Shown here piece by piece: positions 61,575 to 64,000 of a stretch of 64,000 bases of DNA. The stretch lies in the NCBI GenBank assembly GCA_038231275.1, contig JBBRLQ010000025.1, forward strand, positions 32,001-96,000, written 5' to 3'. This DNA is from Polyangiales bacterium. GTDB taxonomy: Bacteria; Myxococcota_A; Polyangia; Polyangiales; Polyangiaceae. The notes below the pieces were generated by a model. That model was not told the origin of the DNA, ran no database searches, and saw only the letters and a list, made by a program, of their open reading frames with translations. Made by a program: the position numbers and the translations under genes. The first letter of the stretch is position 1; each line of letters starts with the position of its first letter.

Positions 61575-62251
61575 TTCTCGGTCTTTCCGGGCACGTCGTC
61601 CGGTGACGAGTAGGGCATCGTGGCGCCGTTGTGGCGGCCCGGCGCGGGGAAGTCCTCGATGTGGTCCGAGCCTTCGTCGACCTTGGAGCCGTCGATCCAC
61701 ACGTAGAAATGCGGGTTCAGCGGAATCCCCGCCTCGGCGCCGCCTTCGCCGCAGTCGCCGCTCGGGCAGCCGGCGAAACACTCGCCCTTGCCGGGCGGCG
61801 GCGGGAGTTCGAAGATCGTGAACCAGCTGCGCCCTTTGGGCGTGCGGAAGAGCGCGACGACCCCGACGTAGTTCGCCGCCGCGTCGCGCTCGAATTTGAT
61901 GTCGGTGCGCGAGTCCGGGTAGATCGTCATCTGCTCGGTCTTGATGACGCTGTCCTTGAGGGTGTCCTTGGGATCCTTCCAGACGTCGTAGAACTTCGCG
62001 TTCTGGAGGCGGATGTCGGTCGCGAGCTGGTAGACGAAGAGCTGCACCGGCCGCGGCTCACCGTTGTCGCTCGGGTTGATGCGGTTGGACGCGATGATCA
62101 TCATGTCGATCATCTGGAGCGTGCACTTCTGGGGTTCCTTCGGCGCGACGATCGTGGGTCCGCAGGCGACGAACGCTCCGAACGCGAGCGCGACGGGCAG
62201 CGCGAGCACGAGGACCGCGAGGAGAGACCGAAAGAACCCGAGTCTTGCCAT
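61571..62251 (-). CDS. tssJ: T6SS lipoprotein TssJ, 226 aa
   Basis: Start MARLGFF..., lipobox FVAC; INPSDNGEPRPVQLFVYQL, YVGVVALFR. Confidence 0.88.
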   Translation of the reverse strand: MARLGFFRSLLAVLVLALPVALAFGAFVACGPTIVAPKEPQKCTLQMIDMMIIASNRINPSDNGEPRPVQLFVYQLATDIRLQNAKFYDVWKDPKDTLKDSVIKTEQMTIYPDSRTDIKFERDAAANYVGVVALFRTPKGRSWFTIFELPPPPGKGECFAGCPSGDCGEGGAEAGIPLNPHFYVWIDGSKVDEGSDHIEDFPAPGRHNGATMPYSSPDDVPGKTEK

Positions 62252-64000
62252 CAGCCCGATCCCTCCGTGATCACGATGTCGCCGTTGCCGTCGATCGTGA
62301 GGCGCATGCCTTCCAGCGATTTTTCGGCGGCCATTCGCTGCAGGATCTCGCTCGAGACGAGCGGGAGAACGGTGCCGCGCAGGATGTGATCGACGTTGCG
62401 CGCGCCGCTCTCGACCTCGCGGCAGCGCGCCGCGACCGCGTCGACGACCGAGTCGTCGATCAAGAGCTTGATGCCGTGCGACTCCATCGCGCGGCGCGCG
62501 ACGCCGTTCAGCTTCATGCGCGCGATGCCTGCGAGCGCCTCGGGGCCGATCGGGATGTACGGCACCACGGTCATGCGGGCGAGGAGCGCCGGCTTGAAGT
62601 GCGCCGTCAGGGTCGGCTTGATGAGCGAGGTGAGGTCCTCGAGGGACGGGATCTCGCCGCCGGGCGGCGCGGCGCTCGTGAGGAGATCGGTCCCGAGGTT
62701 GCTCGTGAGGATGATGACGGTGTTCTTGAAGTCGATGACGCGACCTTCGCCGTCGGCGAGCATTCCCTTGTCGAACACCTGGTAAAAGATGTTCAGGACT
62801 TCCTTGTCCGCCTTCTCGCACTCGTCCAAGAGGACGACCGAGTACGGGCGCTGGCGAACGGCCTCGGTGAGGACGCCGCCTTCGCCGAAGCCCACGTAGC
62901 CGGGCGGCGAACCGATGAGGCGCGACACGGTGTGGCGCTCCTGGAACTCGCTCATGTTGATGGTGACGACGAAGCGCTCGCCGCCAAAGAGCAGATCGGC
63001 GAGGCCGAGCGCGGTCTCCGTCTTTCCGACGCCGGACGGGCCGACGAGGAGGAAGACGCCCATCGGCTGCGCGGTGGGCTTGAGGCCGGCGCGCGCCGCG
63101 CGAAGCTCGCGCGCGATGACGCCGAGCGCGGGATCCTGGCCGCGAACGCGCTGGCGGAGGCGCTCCTCGGTGTTGAGGATGCCCTGGATGTCGTCCTTGA
63201 CCATCTTGCCGACGGGGATGCCGGTCCAGTCGGCGACGATGCTCGCGACGAGACCTTCGTCGACGTCGGCGTGGACGAGGAGATCCTCGTGCTTGATGGC
63301 CTTGAGCTTGTCGATCTCCGCGCGAAGCTCGGGGCGCTTCGCTTCGGCGCCGCCAGCCAGCTCTTTGCGGAGCTCGTCGATCTTGGTGATGATCTCGCGC
63401 TGCGAGGCGGCCTTGGCCTCGAGCTCGGCCGCGCGGATCTTGATCTCACCCTGCTTCGTTTCGGCGATTTTCTTCGCCTCTTCGTCGATCGAGAGGCCGG
63501 CCTTGTAGTCGCGGGCGTACGCCTCGAGCTCGCGCTCGACGGCGGCCAAGGCGGCGCGCGTGTCCTCGAGGACCGCGGGGGGTGCGCCGCGGACGACCTT
63601 CACGCGCGCGGCGCTGGTGTCGAGGAGATCGACGGCCTTGTCGGGGAGAAGTCGGCCGCTGATGTAGCGGCTCGAGAGCGTGACCGCCGCGCGCACCGCC
63701 TCGTCTTGGATGACGATGCCGTGCGCCTCTTCGAAGCGACCGGCGAGGCCGCGCATCATGACGATGGCGTTCTCGACCGACGGCTCGTCGACCTTGACCG
63801 GCTGAAACCGGCGCTCGAGCGCCGCGTCCTTCTCGAAGTAGCGCTTGAACTCGGCCCACGTCGTCGCCGCGATCGTACGGAGCTCGCCGCGCGCGAGGGC
63901 GGGCTTCAGCAGGTTGGCCGCGTCGCCGCCGCCTTGTTGTCCGCCGGCGCCGATGATCGTGTGCGCCTCGTCGATGAAGAGGACGATCGGCTTCGGCGAG
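62251..64000 (-). CDS. clpV: T6SS ATPase ClpV/TssH; partial, N-terminus beyond the right edge
   Basis: Frame continues to the edge ([12 protein letters not shown] Walker B, ALERRFQ); [41 protein letters not shown]. Confidence 0.96.
   Translation of the reverse strand, partial: SPKPIVLFIDEAHTIIGAGGQQGGGDAANLLKPALARGELRTIAATTWAEFKRYFEKDAALERRFQPVKVDEPSVENAIVMMRGLAGRFEEAHGIVIQDEAVRAAVTLSSRYISGRLLPDKAVDLLDTSAARVKVVRGAPPAVLEDTRAALAAVERELEAYARDYKAGLSIDEEAKKIAETKQGEIKIRAAELEAKAASQREIITKIDELRKELAGGAEAKRPELRAEIDKLKAIKHEDLLVHADVDEGLVASIVADWTGIPVGKMVKDDIQGILNTEERLRQRVRGQDPALGVIARELRAARAGLKPTAQPMGVFLLVGPSGVGKTETALGLADLLFGGERFVVTINMSEFQERHTVSRLIGSPPGYVGFGEGGVLTEAVRQRPYSVVLLDECEKADKEVLNIFYQVFDKGMLADGEGRVIDFKNTVIILTSNLGTDLLTSAAPPGGEIPSLEDLTSLIKPTLTAHFKPALLARMTVVPYIPIGPEALAGIARMKLNGVARRAMESHGIKLLIDDSVVDAVAARCREVESGARNVDHILRGTVLPLVSSEILQRMAAEKSLEGMRLTIDGNGDIVITEGSG

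Overview
High-GC bacterial DNA, most likely a myxobacterium (Polyangiaceae-like; inferred from gene content). Nearly the whole window is a type VI secretion system (T6SS) locus. Right end (47.1-64 kb, minus strand): the core operon clpV(partial)-tssJ-tssK-tssL-tssM-tagF-tssA-tssB-tssC-hcp-tssE-tssF-tssG. Left end: a partial Rhs gene, a PAAR-like (DUF4150-type) gene, three toxin-less VgrGs, a ketosynthase-like accessory gene and a TIGR02270-like gene. Middle: an Eag (DUF1795) chaperone with a prePAAR-TMD effector that seems to carry two toxin domains, then a tandem array of three near-paralogous evolved VgrGs. Each of those ends in a different zinc-protease-type warhead (M35 aspzincin, M91/NleD-like zincin, JAB/MPN) and is followed by a putative immunity gene; DUF2169 and a 1735-aa all-TPR protein come next. 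The most striking observation is that the gene after the M35 VgrG looks like a stand-alone M35 propeptide, i.e. a zymogen prodomain reused as an immunity protein. No rRNA, tRNA, CRISPR array or transposase was recognised. All family assignments come from reading motifs by eye, not from database searches.
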